DNA from: an uncultured Actinomycetota bacterium
GTDB taxonomy: Bacteria; Actinomycetota; Actinomycetes; Propionibacteriales; Propionibacteriaceae
Direction: 5' to 3'
DNA: 64,000 bases
NCBI GenBank assembly: GCA_963765975.1
Contig: CAVXYL010000013.1
Coordinates: 3,911 to 67,910 of the forward strand
Positions 37,416 to 51,530 of the stretch are shown piece by piece. Both the position numbers and the translations under genes were made by a program. How positions within the stretch are numbered: the stretch's first letter is position 1; each line of letters begins with the position of its first letter. Under the pieces are notes generated by a model. The model saw only the letters and a program-made list of their open reading frames with translations. It made no database searches and was not told the DNA's origin.

Positions 37416-38288
37416 GGCGTCTCCTCGGGGGCCGGCTCGTCGAACTCCGGCGAGATGTCCAGCTCGCCATCGTCGCTGCCCGTCCAGCGAATGGTCAACT
37501 CGCCGAGCGGGGTCAGCTGTTCGAAGGCCACCGCGCCTTCCCGGAAGAGCTCGAGCAGCGCGAGGAAGCGGGCCACCGTGGTGACCAGATCCGGCGAGTC
37601 GCCGGTCAGCGCCCGGAAGGTGAGGGTGCGCTGCCGGCGGAGCCGTTCGACCACGATCGCGGCTTGTTCCCGGACGCTGACCGCGGGCGCATGCAGGTGA
37701 GCCAGCGACAGCACGTCGGCCTGCTTGGGCGCCATCGCCTTGGCCGCGAGTGCGGCGAACCGCTCCGGGCTGATGGTGATCTGCACCTCGGGAAGCAGCG
37801 ACGCGAACCGCGGCTCGACGCCGACGTCGCGCGGGATACCGCCGGCCCTGGACGGCCAGAGTCGCGGCGATCCAGGCCGCCACCTGCTTGTACGCCCGGT
37901 ACTGCAGCAGCCGCGCGAACAACAGGTCACGGGCCTCCAGCAAGGCCAGATCCTCGGGGTCGTCGATCTCACCCGACGGGATCAGCCGCGCCGCCTTGAG
38001 ATCGAGCAACGTCGCGGCGACCACGATGAACTGGCTGGTCTGATCAAGGTCCCAGGCGCTGCCGGCGGCCTTGATGTGGCCGATGAAATCGTCGGTGACC
38101 TGGGAGAGCGCCACCTCGGTGATGTCGAGCTTGTGCCGGGAGATGAGCTGCAGCAGCAGGTCGAACGGACCCTCGAAGTTGTCGAGGTGGACGTCGAACC
38201 GCCGAGGCCCTTCGACGGGCTCAGGACAAGTCGTGTCCTGAGCCCGTCGAAGGACCGGTGCCGATCCGCCGTGGAGCGAATCGATCAC
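37412..38288 (-). CDS. scpA: segregation/condensation protein A (frameshifted)
   Basis: FEGPFDLLLQLI, ATLLDLKA, VARFLALLELF. Confidence 0.92.
38209..38253. repeat. perfect family A palindrome within the scpA 5' region
   Basis: ccttcgacgggctcaggaca-agtcg-tgtcctgagcccgtcgaagg. Confidence 0.85.
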
Positions 38289-38602
38289 GACTGCGACAGC
38301 CGGCGGACCAGCTCGGACTCCTCGGCCCGGGCGTCGAAGTCGGCCAGTGCCGCGGCGATCGCCTCGCGGACGATCCGGCCCCGATCCACCGCCATGCCGT
38401 GCCGAGCCCGCAAGGTGAGCCGCGCCTGCTCCAGCGCCAGCAGCTCGTCACCGCTCACGTAGACCGTGATCTTCTCGTCGTGCCGGACCCGTCCCGATCC
38501 GGGTGGCGCCGGATCCGGTCCGGCCGGAGCGGGTGGCTCGTCCTCGCTGTTCGTCGGGCGGAAGAGCTCCGAGGCCCCGGGCAGCCTCACGCGGCGCGAC
38601 AT
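38285..38602 (-). CDS. conserved ParA-associated small protein
   Basis: LPGASELFR, HDEKITVY, VDRGRIVRE. Confidence 0.8.
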   Translation of the reverse strand: MSRRVRLPGASELFRPTNSEDEPPAPAGPDPAPPGSGRVRHDEKITVYVSGDELLALEQARLTLRARHGMAVDRGRIVREAIAAALADFDARAEESELVRRLSQS

Positions 38603-39541
38603 CGGGCGAGCACCTCACGGGCCAGGTTGCGATAAGCCTCGGCCCCCGGCGAGGTGGGGGCGTACGTGGTGATCGGCTCACCCGCGACGGTGGTCTCCGG
38701 GAACTTCACGGTGCGCTTGATCACCGTGTGGAAGACCCGATCGCCGAACGCCTGCACCACCCGTTCCAGGACCTCGCGGCTGTGCAGCGTACGCGGGTCG
38801 TACATGGTGCCGAGGATGCCGAGGATCTCCAGCTGCGGATTGAGCCGGTCCTGCACCTTGACGATCGTGTCGTTGAGCAGCGCGATCCCCCGCAGCGCGA
38901 AGAACTCGCACTCCAGCGGCATGATCACCTTGTCCGCCGCGGTCAGCGCGTTGATCGTCAGCAGACCGAGCGAGGGCGCGCAGTCGATCAAGATCAGGTC
39001 GTAGCGGCTCCTGATCTTCTCCAGCACCCGCAGCAGCGTCTGCTCGCGGGCCACCTCCGAGACCAGTTGCACTTCGGCCGCCGAGAGGTCGATGTTGCTC
39101 GGCAGGATGTCCAGCCCGGGCACCTTGGTGGAGTTGATCACGTTCTCGACGGTCGGTGTCCCGGCCGAGCAGCACGTTGTAGATGCTGTACTCGAGGGTG
39201 TGCGGGTTGACGCCGAGGCCGACCGACAGCGAGCCCTGCGGATCGAAGTCGACCAGCAGCACCTTGCGGCCGACCTCGGCCAGCGCCGCTCCCAGATTGA
39301 TCGTGCTGGTGGTCTTCCCGACCCCGCCCTTCTGGTTGCACATCGCGATGATCATCGCCGGGCCGTGGGAGTAGATCGGCGCGCGGTTCGGGCAGATCGG
39401 GCCACGGCCGTCCGGTCGGTCCGATCACCACGTCGGGGGCGGCGGCCGGGGCCGGGTCGTGCCCGTCGATCAGCTCCGCGCCGGCTCGGAGACGTCGACC
39501 AGCGTCGGCGACGACTCGTGACCGTCGTGGGACTCGTCCAC
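38587..39541 (-). CDS. ParA/Soj-family ATPase (frameshifted)
   Basis: NQKGGVGKTT, DFDPQG, DCAPSLGLLT. Confidence 0.92.
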
Positions 39542-39674
39542 GGCTGCCTCCCTCGCTCGCCTGATCCGCTCCCGAAGGACTCTAGTACGCAGCGGGCGTT
39601 CAAAGGTCCTCCCAGCGCGGAAGGAGCGTGGCGTGTCGATTTAACGACTTGTCGCATCCGGCAGCGTTGCCGTC

Positions 39675-39817
39675 TCCTGAGCCCGTCCTGATCGTGTCCT
39701 GAGCCCGTTCGCGTTTCGTGTCCTGAGCCCGTCGAAGGACCGACATCGGGCCCTTCGACAAGCTCAGGGCGCGATACGCCGTGGCACGCGCGGGTTCAAG
39801 GGGTCGTCCCCCTTGCT
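39675..39817. repeat. composite repeat cluster, family A copies plus one family B copy
   Basis: Three cctgagcccgt copies, an inverted ccttcgacaagctcagg, then gggttcaaggggtcgtcccccttgc. Confidence 0.8.
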
Positions 39818-39823
39818 TATCAG

Positions 39824-40753
39824 TCAGCGCGCGCGGGGGTGGGAGGTGAGGTAGACCTCGCGGAGGTGGTCGACGGTCACCAGGGTGTAGATCTGGGTGG
39901 TGGTCACCGAGGCGTGGCCGAGCAGTTCCTGGACCACCCGGACGTCGGCCCCGCCGTCCAGCAGGTGCGTGGCGAACGAGTGCCGCAGGGTGTGCGGCGA
40001 CACGTCGGCCTGAATCCCCGCCTTCTCCGCCACGGTCTGGATGATCATCCAGGCGCTCTGCCGGGACAGCCGTCCGCCGCGGGCGTTCAGGAACAGGGCG
40101 GGCTTCCCGGTGCCCTTGGCCGCCAGGGCCGGACGGGCCCGGACCAGGTAGGCGTCCAGCGCCGCGCGGGCGTACGAGCCGAGCGGCACGATCCGCTCCT
40201 TGCTGCCCTTGCCGAACAACCGCAGGCCCGGGCTGGGTTCTCCGGCGGGCACGGCCAGCAGCCGGGAGACGTCGTCGACGTCCAGCGCGACGGCCTCGGA
40301 CACCCGGGCGCCGGTGCCGTAGAGCAACTCCAGCAGGGCGGCGTCCCGCAGCCCGAGCGCGGTGTCGGTGTCCGGCACGTCGAGCATCGACTGAACCTGA
40401 TCGAGGCTGAGCGCCTTCGGCAGCCGCTTGGACGGACGGGGCGGCTGAACCGCGCGAGCCGGATCGTCGAGGGTCACCCCTTCGTCGAGGGCGAACCGAT
40501 GCAGGCTGCGGACCGCGACCACCGCGCGGGCGACGCTGGCCGGGGCCAGCGACGCGGTTCGCAACGAGGCGGCGTAGTCGTTGATCATCGGCGCGGTGAT
40601 CATGCTCGGGTCATCGATGCCGCGCTCGGCGAGAAACCCGGTGTAGCGACCAAGATCACGACGGTAGGCCGCGATGGTGTGCGGCGACATCCCCCGCTCG
40701 ACGCTCAGATGATCAAGATAGGACGAGACCAGTCCCGCCACGCCGAGCGTCAC
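39824..40753 (-). CDS. xerD: site-specific tyrosine recombinase
   Basis: [41 protein letters not shown]; usual position next to ald. Confidence 0.93.
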   Translation of the reverse strand: MTLGVAGLVSSYLDHLSVERGMSPHTIAAYRRDLGRYTGFLAERGIDDPSMITAPMINDYAASLRTASLAPASVARAVVAVRSLHRFALDEGVTLDDPARAVQPPRPSKRLPKALSLDQVQSMLDVPDTDTALGLRDAALLELLYGTGARVSEAVALDVDDVSRLLAVPAGEPSPGLRLFGKGSKERIVPLGSYARAALDAYLVRARPALAAKGTGKPALFLNARGGRLSRQSAWMIIQTVAEKAGIQADVSPHTLRHSFATHLLDGGADVRVVQELLGHASVTTTQIYTLVTVDHLREVYLTSHPRAR

Positions 40754-40779
40754 CGCCGAGAGTCCGATGCGACGTCGAC

Positions 40780-41895
40780 TCAGCCGAGCACGTCGGCGAG
40801 TTCGCGATGCGGGAGCTCGTGCGCCTGGGCGACCGGCGCATAGGTGACCTCGCCGGCGTAGGTGTTGAGTCCGAGCGCCAGGGCCGGATCGCTGCGCAGC
40901 GCATCCCGCCATCCCTTGTCGGCCAGGCTGAGCGCGTACGGCAGGGTCACGTTGGTGAGTGCGTAGGTGGAGGTGTTCGGCACCGCGCCGGGCATGTTGG
41001 CCACGCAGTAGAACACCGAGTTGTGCACCAGGTAGGTCGGCTCGGCGTGCGTGGTGGGCCGACTGTCCTCGAAGCAACCGCCCTGGTCGATGGCGATGTC
41101 GACCAGCACGCTGCCGGGCCGCATCCGGGAGACGAGTTCGTTGCTGATCAAGGTGGGAGCCTTGGCGCCCGGCACCAGCACCGCGCCGATCACCAGATCG
41201 GCATCGAGCACCGCCCGCTCGACCTCGTACGCGTTGGACGCGACGGTCTGCAGGTGTCCCTGATAGATCCGGTCCGCATCCCGCAACTTGTCGATGTTCC
41301 TGTCCAGCAACAAGACCTCGGCCTGCATGCCGAGCGAGATGGCCGCGGCGTTCATCCCGGACACGCCCGCGCCGATCACCACGACCTTCGCCGCGTAGAC
41401 CCCGGAGACGCCGCCCATCAAGGTGCCGCGGCCACCGCCCTGCCGCATCAGGTGGTAGGCGCCGACCTGCGGCGCCAGCCGACCGGCGACCTCGCTCATC
41501 GGGGCGAGCAGCGGCAGCGCGCCGTTCGGCAGCTGCACGGTCTCGTACGCGATCCCGGTCACCTTGCGGTCGACCAGCGCCCGCGTGCAGTCCCGGCTGG
41601 CGGCGAGATGCAGGTAGGTGAACAACGTCTGGCCGTCGCGCATCCGCTCGTACTCGACGGCGATCGGCTCCTTGACCTTCAAGATCAACTCCGCCTGGCC
41701 CCACACCTGATCATGATCGGGAACGATCGTCGCACCGGCCGCGCTGAACTCGTCGTCGGTGATCGAGGATCCGGCGCCGGCGCCGGCCTGGACGAGCACC
41801 TCGTGCCCGTGGCGGGTGAACTCATTGACACCGGAGGGGGTGATCGCGACCCGGTACTCGTGGTTCTTGATCTCGGTAGGCACGCCGACCTTCAT
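40780..41895 (-). CDS. ald: alanine dehydrogenase
   Basis: [37 protein letters not shown]. Confidence 0.96.
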   Translation of the reverse strand: MKVGVPTEIKNHEYRVAITPSGVNEFTRHGHEVLVQAGAGAGSSITDDEFSAAGATIVPDHDQVWGQAELILKVKEPIAVEYERMRDGQTLFTYLHLAASRDCTRALVDRKVTGIAYETVQLPNGALPLLAPMSEVAGRLAPQVGAYHLMRQGGGRGTLMGGVSGVYAAKVVVIGAGVSGMNAAAISLGMQAEVLLLDRNIDKLRDADRIYQGHLQTVASNAYEVERAVLDADLVIGAVLVPGAKAPTLISNELVSRMRPGSVLVDIAIDQGGCFEDSRPTTHAEPTYLVHNSVFYCVANMPGAVPNTSTYALTNVTLPYALSLADKGWRDALRSDPALALGLNTYAGEVTYAPVAQAHELPHRELADVLG

Positions 41896-42051
41896 GCAAC
41901 CCTCCTGATGAGAACATCTCGCCTGTTCGCCGATCATGTCACGATTAATTCAGGTCCGCTCGGGCCCCCGTCGCCCAAATTCCGGCTCGGGCCGACCGTC
42001 ACCGCGGCCTGACCTCCGGCGCTCGCGGGCCCGATCGAATACGTTGCCCGG

Positions 42052-43242
42052 GTGACTTCAGTGAACCCGTACCGTCCAGGCCGCACCCACACGTCGCGCA
42101 CGTTCCCGGTGATCCCGCCGATCTACCAGACCACCACCTTCGAGTTGGACGAGACCTCCTACGCCGACATCCAGTCCGCCGGCGGGTTGCACGAGACCTG
42201 GTACTCGCGGTTCAACAATCCGACCGTCGACGCCGCGGCGGCCGAGGTCGCCCGGCTCCACGGCGCCCGGCAGTCCCTGGTCACCGCCAGCGGCATGGCG
42301 GCGATCGCCACCACCCTGGTCGCCCTGCTGCGCAGCGGCGACACCCTGCTGGCCTCCAAGCAGGTCTACGGCGACACCGACGATCTGCTGCGCCGCGACC
42401 TGCCGGCGCTGGGCATCGAGGTGTTCCGGATCGACGCCTTCGACACCGACGGCTGGATCCGCCAGATCAGGACCCGCCGGCCGGCGGTGGTCTACGGCGA
42501 GACCCTGTCCAATCCCGCCCTGCGGCTGATGGACGTGCCCGCGATCGCCCAGGCGGCGCACGCGGCCGGTGCCCGGCTCGTCGTCGACAACACCTTCGCG
42601 ACACCGTTCTGCACCAAGCCGCTCGAACTGGGCGCCGACGTGGTGGTCGAGTCGGCGACCAAGTTCCTGGCCGGCCACTCCGACGTGGTGGCCGGAGCGG
42701 TGACCACCGATGACCCGGCCTTGCACGAGGAGATCCAGCGGCGGCTGATCACCTTCGGCGGCTGCGCCGACCCGCATGCGGCCTTCCTGCTCTGGCGGGG
42801 GATGCGGACGTTCCGGGTCCGGCTGACCGAGGCCTGCCGGACCGCCGCCGCCCTCGCCGACCAACTGGCCAAGGAGCCGGGCGTACGTGAGGTGGTCTAT
42901 CCCGGACGCGAGGACCACGCCGACGCGGGGGCCGTGGTCGAGCGGGTGATGCCGGGTGCGGCGGGCGCCATGCTCACGCTGGTGGTCGAGGGCGGCGACC
43001 AGCGGGCCGCGGCGATGCTCAGAGCCCTCTCGGTGGCGGTGGAGGCAACCAGCCTGGGTGGAGTCGAGACCCTGGCCAGCACGCCGTTCAACTCCTCGCA
43101 CTTCAACATGAGCAGCGAGGAACGACTGGCCGCGGGCATTCAGCCCGGCACGGTGCGGCTGTCCATCGGGCTCGAGGGCGAGGACGCCCTGCTGGAGGAC
43201 CTCAGGCAGGCCCTGGACGCGACCTCAGACGCCGCGGGCTGA
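42052..43242 (+). CDS. PLP-dependent trans-sulfuration enzyme (Cys/Met metabolism family)
   Basis: YSRFNNPT, SGMAAI, VDNTFATP, SATKFLAGHSD, SLGGVETL. Confidence 0.9.
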   Translation: MTSVNPYRPGRTHTSRTFPVIPPIYQTTTFELDETSYADIQSAGGLHETWYSRFNNPTVDAAAAEVARLHGARQSLVTASGMAAIATTLVALLRSGDTLLASKQVYGDTDDLLRRDLPALGIEVFRIDAFDTDGWIRQIRTRRPAVVYGETLSNPALRLMDVPAIAQAAHAAGARLVVDNTFATPFCTKPLELGADVVVESATKFLAGHSDVVAGAVTTDDPALHEEIQRRLITFGGCADPHAAFLLWRGMRTFRVRLTEACRTAAALADQLAKEPGVREVVYPGREDHADAGAVVERVMPGAAGAMLTLVVEGGDQRAAAMLRALSVAVEATSLGGVETLASTPFNSSHFNMSSEERLAAGIQPGTVRLSIGLEGEDALLEDLRQALDATSDAAG

Positions 43243-43890
43243 CCGGACGAGGAACTGGGCCACCACCAGGTTGGGCACCCAGCAGAGCCACGCGATCGCC
43301 GGGTAGGACGCCTCGTATCCGATCCCGGTGACCAGGGCGAGGGGGATGTAGACACGGAGCATCACCGCCGCGAAGGTGAGCGCGAACGAGCGGATCATCC
43401 ACTGCTGATGGGTGACGTAGTCGTGCGCCCGGACCGCCAGGTAGGCGCGCACGGTGCAGAACAGCCAGGCGACGGCGAGCCCGAAGAAGCCGAATCCGGC
43501 GACCAGGCCGCTGCTGGAGAACAGGGCGATCGACCCGCCGGCCAGACCGCCGATCAGGCAGGCCAGCACATAGGTCCGGCCCATCCAGCGATGGACGCGG
43601 GGCGCCCGGTTGCGCAAGGCCCGGAGGAACTGGAACGGCCCGATCAGCAGGGCCAGGCCGGAAGCCACGATGTGCACCCGCAGGCCCAGTGGGGTCGGGA
43701 AGCTGTTGGCTGCGATCTCGCCCGCCACCAGGGCGAAGTTGCTGGCGACGACCGCGACCGCGTACGCGCCGATGAGCACCGACAACACGGTGACGACACC
43801 CCAGCCGATCCGACGGGACCGGGAGCCGATGACCTTGGGCTGATCACGATCGACGACCGATGCTGCTGGAACCGGGTTCATAGCTGCCAT
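43225..43890 (-). CDS. DUF2306-family membrane protein
   Basis: GPFQF, HRWMGRTY, HQQWMIRSFALTFAAV. Confidence 0.8.
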   Translation of the reverse strand: MAAMNPVPAASVVDRDQPKVIGSRSRRIGWGVVTVLSVLIGAYAVAVVASNFALVAGEIAANSFPTPLGLRVHIVASGLALLIGPFQFLRALRNRAPRVHRWMGRTYVLACLIGGLAGGSIALFSSSGLVAGFGFFGLAVAWLFCTVRAYLAVRAHDYVTHQQWMIRSFALTFAAVMLRVYIPLALVTGIGYEASYPAIAWLCWVPNLVVAQFLVRSARGV

Positions 43891-43931
43891 CTTGTTACGT
43901 TCCGCTCAGATCCGCAGTACGGGAAACCCCC

Positions 43932-44478
43932 CTATTCGTTGGCCGGTCTACGCCGATAGCGCAGCATGTCCTTCCGCTCGCCACCGATGTCGCCGTGCTC
44001 GGGCAGCAGACCGTCGGAGCTGAACCCGCACTTCTCGGCCACCCGGATCGAGGCGGCGTTCCACGGCTCGATGAACAACTCGACCCGATCGATCCCGGGC
44101 AGTGTCCAGGCAAAGCCGAGCAGCGCCCGCAACGCGTCCGACGCGGCGCCGCGACCGCGACGGCTCGGTGCGATCACGTATCCGGCCGTCGCCGGTAGGC
44201 TCGCCGTGGATCCACAGGCCCGCGCCGCCGAGCGCCACGTCGGTGGCCCGATCGGCGACGGCGAACGAATAGCCCACCCCGTCGCTCAGCCGCTGATGTT
44301 GACGCCGGAGATAGGCCAGGCCTTCGGCCTCGGTGAACCTCGACGGAACGGTACCGATCAGCGGCACGTACGGATCGGCCGACAGTTCCGCGACCAGATG
44401 AAGATCATCATCGCGATAGGGACGCAACCGCACCGACCCGTACGCCGGCAACGGATCGGGCCAGTGCAAGGTGCTCAC
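43932..44478 (-). CDS. RimJ/RimL-type GNAT acetyltransferase (frameshifted)
   Basis: RRGRGAAS, IEPWNAASIRVAEKCGF. Confidence 0.85.
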
Positions 44479-44516
44479 CAGACCTCCGCCCCGTTACTGC
44501 CTGATCATCGCGCGCA

Positions 44517-44568
44517 CCCGTGTGTTCTTGCGCGCGCGGCGGGGGTTCAAGGGGGTCGTCCCCCTTGC
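44517..44568 (-). repeat. family B palindromic repeat
   Basis: cccgtgtgttcttg...gggggttcaagggggtcgtcccccttgc, reverse complement of the 17609 unit. Confidence 0.8.
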
Positions 44569-45219
44569 CTATCTCGAGCCGCTTGACCGTCCGGGCCGCC
44601 CAGGGGGCGTCCGGCGGTCGCAGGCTGGCGAAGTTGTCCCGCTGACGCGCCGTCCATGCGGCCAGCACGCCCGACACCAGGGCGGGGTTGTGCAGCCGGC
44701 CGTCGAGCACGGCGTCGACCAGATCATCGAGCGGGGCGCGCACGGTGTCCATGTGCGCCTCCTCGCCGCCGCGGACGAAGCCGTCCGGCGCATCGACCTC
44801 GGACAGGTCCCGAGCCAGGAAGATCCGCAGCGGCTCGCCGATGATGCCGGGCGTGGTGAACAGATCGACCAGCAGGTGCCAGGTGCCGGCCGCCAGGCCG
44901 ACCTCCTCGGCCAGTTCTCGTTCCGCCGCGAGCAGCGGATCTTCACCGTCGACGTCCAGCAGGCCCGCGGGCGGTTCGATCAGCCGATGCCGGACCGGGT
45001 GCCGGTACTGCCGCACCAGCACCACCCGATCATGATCATCGAGAGCGATGATGCCGACGGCGCCCGGATGGGCCAGGTACTCCCGCTTGATCAACTCGCC
45101 GTCCGGCGTCTGGATCTGATCTTCGACCAGGTCGACGATGGCACCGCTCGCCAGCACTTCGGTACCGATCACCGGCCACGACTCCGGTGTGTCCGCGAGC
45201 TCCTCGCGGCCGAGGATGA

Positions 45220-45223
<4 letters not shown>
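44569..45223 (-). CDS. NUDIX hydrolase (ADP-ribose pyrophosphatase-like)
   Basis: [28 protein letters not shown]; 3' end uncertain (track ORF runs to 44408). Confidence 0.88.
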
Positions 45224-46897
<1,674 letters not shown>

Positions 46898-46954
46898 TCA
46901 GCCTACGTCGTTATCGGCCCTGCGCCGAATGACTCGCCCGAACGTGCCACTCGC

Positions 46955-48138
46955 TCAGCGGCGACTCCGCCGGGTCCCGACGATCGCCAGCGCGATCAGC
47001 AAGACCGCGTAGCCGCCGGTGATCGGCAGGGCGGTGGTCGGCACCAGGCCGATGGCGAGCACCAGCGGGACCGCCGCCAGGGGCCAGGGCCACACCGCAC
47101 GCCAGCTGCGCTGGGTGCCGCCCAGGATCATCGCCACCCCAGCCGAGGAACAGCCCGAGGCCGGTGGCCAGCAGCCAGCCGTACGCCGACGGCAGCGGCG
47201 TGCTCGGGTGCAGCACCAGTTCCTCGATGCCCACCCCGGCCAGCACCACCCCGAAGGCCGTCGGCAGGTGCCCGTAGACGAAGAGGTCATGGCGTTCGTC
47301 GACCGCCTCCTTCTCCGGCGCCGAATCCTCCTCGGCGTCCTGCAGTTCGTCCGCGCTGTCGCGGGCGCCGACGTCGAAGTAGATCCACCACATCGCACCG
47401 GCGACCGCGAACCCGACCGCGGCGACGGCAACGCTGGGGCCGGCCCAGTGGGCCTCGTGCACGCCGCGGACCCCGCCACCGACCGCCTCGCCGAGGACCA
47501 GGATGACCAGCAGGGCGAAGCGCTCCGGCAGGTGCTCGACATGCAGCGGAAGCTTGTCCCGGCGCAGGGTGGCCAGCGCCGGACCGACGGCGTCGATGGC
47601 CACCGCCACGCCCCACAGCAGGTACCGGATGTCGCCGGGGGTGGCGATCGAGATGGCCCAGACGACACTGCTCAGGCCGATCACGGTCAGGTAGACGTTG
47701 ATGGTCGGCCGGGCATCCGGCAGGGCCCGCCAGGCGCGGAGGTAGAGCCCGAACAGGATCAGCCGGCTGGCCAGGTAGCACGCCGCGAACGGGATCGGCG
47801 GTCGAGCCGACCGCGTCCGCGGCGCTGGCCGCACAGCCGGCGATCGCACCGGTGGCCAGCAGTTTGGCCAGCCGGAAGATCAGGTCGTCGGTGTCGAACC
47901 GGTTGGCGTACAGCGTGAAGCCGACCCAGGAGAACCAGATCGCGACGAAGAGTCCGGCCAGCGTGGCCAGCCCGAGCCAGCTCAGGTCGTCGACGAAGGC
48001 GATCGCCAGTTGCATGATCACCAGGACGTAGGCCAGGTCGAAGAACAACTCCAGCCGGCTGGCCGTGCCCTCCCGCCCGAGGTGCAGCCGGGGCGGCCGG
48101 ATCATCGGGACCGATCCGGGCTCGCCCTCCGCCTTCAC
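46955..48138 (-). CDS. low temperature requirement A (LtrA) family membrane protein (frameshifted)
   Basis: LELFFDLAYV, YANRFDTDD, HLPERFALLVILVLGE. Confidence 0.85.
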
Positions 48139-49174
48139 CGCGGCGTCCGGACGGCCGCATAGCCGGCGAGCAGATCCTCGACCACATCGTCCTCGTCCGG
48201 CCAGCCGGCCGCCTGCTGCAGGCTCGCCGCCGCCAGCCGGGCCCGCTCCTGCGGGTCGTCGGCCAGCGCGATCAGCCGGCGCGCCGCGCCGGCCGCGTCG
48301 CCGGGCTCGACCAGCACGGCGGCCTCACCGACCAGTTCCTCGATGCCGCCGACCCGGGTGCTGATCAGCGGCAATCCGGACAGCAGCGCCTCCTGGGCCA
48401 CCAGCGCGCGGGCCTCCCACGTCGAGGTCAGCAGGGCCAGATCGGCGGCGTGCAGCAGCGACGGCACGTCGTCGCGATGACCGAGCAACCTGATCCGTGA
48501 CCCGTCGTCGGCGATCCGCCGCTCGAGCGCCGGCCGCTCGGGCCCCTCGCCGACCACCACGAACTGCAGGTCGGCCCGGTCCCGGACCGCCGCCGCCACA
48601 TCGGCGAGCATGGCCGAGATTCTTCTGCGGCGCCAGCCGGCTCACCGTCAGCACCATCAGGTCGTCGGGGGACAGCCCGAGCCGGGCTCGTTCGTCCTCG
48701 CGGCTGACCGTCGCGACGGGTAGCGCCGGGGCCGCGACCGGAGCCAGCCGAGCCCGCCGGGCACCCAGCCGGACCGCCTCGGCCACCAGATCGCTGCTCG
48801 CCCCGAGGGTGAGATCGGCGCCGCGCGCCACCAGTCGCTGCAGCATCCGCGCGGCCCGGGCCGAGCCGCCCGAGCCGAGCACGGCGTTGTGCCAGGTGAC
48901 GACCAACGGTGCGCGGATGATCTTGGCCACCGGCAGCGCGAAGCCGGCCGCCTTGAAGCCGTGCGCGTGCAGCACGTCGGCGCCGGCGGCCCGATGCAGC
49001 GACGTCAGCGGCAGCACCTCGAGACCAAGATCAGCCAAGCTGCTGAGCTCGCGCGGTGACCTCCGGGCAGAAGATCCGCACCTGATGACCGCGGTCCCGC
49101 ATCCGTGGTGCGATGCTCGCCACGTGGCGCCCGATCCCGCCGGTGCTGGCACTGAGCACCTGGGCGATCTTCAT
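48135..49174 (-). CDS. GT4 (GT-B) glycosyltransferase (frameshifted)
   Basis: GGIGRHV, HAHG, RLAPQK, STWEARALVAQEA. Confidence 0.87.
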
Positions 49175-49176
49175 GA

Positions 49177-50716
49177 TCAACTCACCCGCCCGGCCGGCCG
49201 CGGACGGCGCGCCCAGAGCTCGGCGGCCAGCCGCGGCTGGACGAGACGCAGCACGCCGACGAAGATCATCGTGCAGAGCAGCGCGAGCCCGATCGCCCCG
49301 GCGGTTGCCGCGAGCAGACCGGCGTCGAGGAGTTGCAGAGCCGGCCACAGCACGGCCCCGGCAGCCACGACGGCGGCGAGCAGGCCGGCCAGCATCGGCC
49401 GGCCCAGCGGACCGCCCAGCGCGATGGCCGCCGAACGACGGACCAGGATCCAGCCGACGACGGCGCCGACGCCCAGACCGGCCGACATCGCGACGGCCAG
49501 CAGCGGCACGGTCCGACCGAACAGCAGCACACCGATGATCACCGCGCCCCAACCGGCGATGGTCACCAGACCGGCGTCCCGGGCCCGGTGCTGAGCCAGC
49601 AGGGTGCGAGACGCCAGCCCCAACAGCGCGAAACCGACCACCGCGGGGCCGAAGAGGGCGATCGGCCAGGCCAGTGCCGCCGTACGCTCCGAACCCGGGC
49701 CGAGCACGAAGACCCGGGCCACCGGAACCGCCGTCGCGACCAGCAGCGCCGCGCCGAGCCAGGCCGAGATCGTCAGCACGGGCAGGAACTCCGCGAGCAC
49801 CCCGCGTACCGCGCCGGCATCGCTGTCGGCCGCCGCGGCGAGTCGGGGAAAGGCCAGTTGCAGCAGCGGTGCCGCGAGCACGGCGTACGGCAGCAGGTAG
49901 ATCGCGTTGGCCCAGGTGTAGCGGGTCAGGGCGCCCGGATCGAGAGTGCGCTGGGCGGAGTAGTTGATCAACAACACGCTGATCTGCTGGAGCACCAGGC
50001 CGACGATGCCGGCGGCGGCGATCCTGGTCACCACCTGCCCGATCTCCGGCGGCGAACCGCAGTCGCGGCCGGAGTCGCAGGCCGAGCCGGGACAGCGGCA
50101 CGGCCGTGGTCAGCGCGAGCGCCACCACGCCGAGCGTGGTGCCCAGGCCGAGCACCCACAACGCGGTGCGACCCGAGGTGCCCGCGAAGATCAGGTACGC
50201 GATGATCACCACGACGCTGGACAGCAGCGGCGCCACGGCGGCGGCCAGGAAGCGCTGATGGGCCTGCAGCACACCGGCACTGACCACGGCGAGCCCGTAG
50301 AACCAGATCTGCGGCACGAACATGATCAACAACGCGGCGATCGTCGATGCGCTCCCGGCGCACTGGGTGGCGAAGGTGCGCCCGTACAGCGCGGCGCCGG
50401 CGAACGCCGCGAGGGCGGCGGGGGTCAGCGCCAACAGCGTCCAGGTGATCAACGCCGACACGGTCTGGGACGCCTCGCGTTGCCGACCGCCGCCGACGTG
50501 CCGGGCGACCACCGGGATGACCACGCCGGCGAGCACGCCGCCGGCGACGATCTCGAACAGCACGTTCGGCAACGAGTTCGCGGCGTTGTAGGCATCGCCC
50601 AGGCACGTGTCGCCGACGGTCTTGGAGAACACCAGCGAGCGGCCGAAGCCGACGATGCGCGCCGCGAGGGTCAGGCCGGCCAGGCTCAGCGCGATCGAGC
50701 CGAATCCAGCCTTCAC
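49177..50716 (-). CDS. MurJ/MviN-like flippase (frameshifted)
   Basis: [34 protein letters not shown]; multi-TM. Confidence 0.82.
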
Positions 50717-51529
50717 GCCCGGCCCAGCTGGTCCAGCCGGCGCAGCCACGGCGTCTTCTCGATCACCGCGGTGAAGCTGACCCGCTCGCTGGCCAGGTTC
50801 AGGCCGGCGATCCCGAGGAGGGCGAGCACCCGGGCGGGCCGGGGCAGCACGTCGGCGGCGACCGTCGCCACGGCGGCGCCCAGCGCGTTCGCCCCGCAGT
50901 CGCCGAGCATCGACCGCGCGGCCAGATCACTCGGCAGGCTGCCGGCCGCCGCGCCGACGGCGGCTCCCGCCCCGTGGCCGACCAGCGGCAGACCGAGGAC
51001 CATGATCACCTTCGCGGCCCGCCCGGGTCGCAGATCGAGCAGGTTCACCAGATTGGCCGTGCCCGCGATCAGCGCGGTGTCGATGACGAGATCGGCGAAG
51101 GCCGGCGGCGCCGGTCTTGCGCCTGATGATCAACGCCGCTCCGGCCGCACTGGCTCCGACGCCGACGATCTTGATCAACCCGCTGGTCACCGTGCCGGTC
51201 CGGAGGGCGCGGAGGTGGCCGCGGAATCCCTTGACCTGACTGGCCCCGTAGAGGTCGTCGAACGCGCCGACCAGCCCCGACCCGGCCGCTCCGAGGGCTA
51301 CCGCCGCCGCCCGGCGGCCCGAACCGCCGATCAGCTGCTGAACCGCGACTCCGGCGAGCACCGCGCCGACCGCGACCGGGCCCTCGGCGAGGGTCACGGT
51401 CGCCCCCGCGTGATTGGTCCGGGTCCATCGGGAGGTCGCGGACTGGTCAGGGGCGGTGAGCCGGTTCCCGACCAGCGCGACCGCGGCCGCGGCTGCACCG
51501 GACGCGAGCCCGGCCAGCAGGCGAGCCAT
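50713..51529 (-). CDS. MraY/WecA-like polyprenyl-phosphate phosphoglycosyl transferase (frameshifted)
   Basis: [24 protein letters not shown]. Confidence 0.7.
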
Positions 51530-51530
51530 C

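Noticed and set aside
36648-38288. ScpA-ScpB-RluB fusion ORF
   Set aside because: The ScpA C-terminus is in another frame and each gene has its own start; frameshift artefact.
39824-40753. Tyrosine recombinase as a phage or island integrase
   Set aside because: Size, motifs and ald/parA/scpAB context indicate chromosomal XerD.
41905-41955. AldR operator or a third copy of the two-component operator upstream of ald
   Set aside because: Only partial matches (gatgagaacatctc); too short to support.
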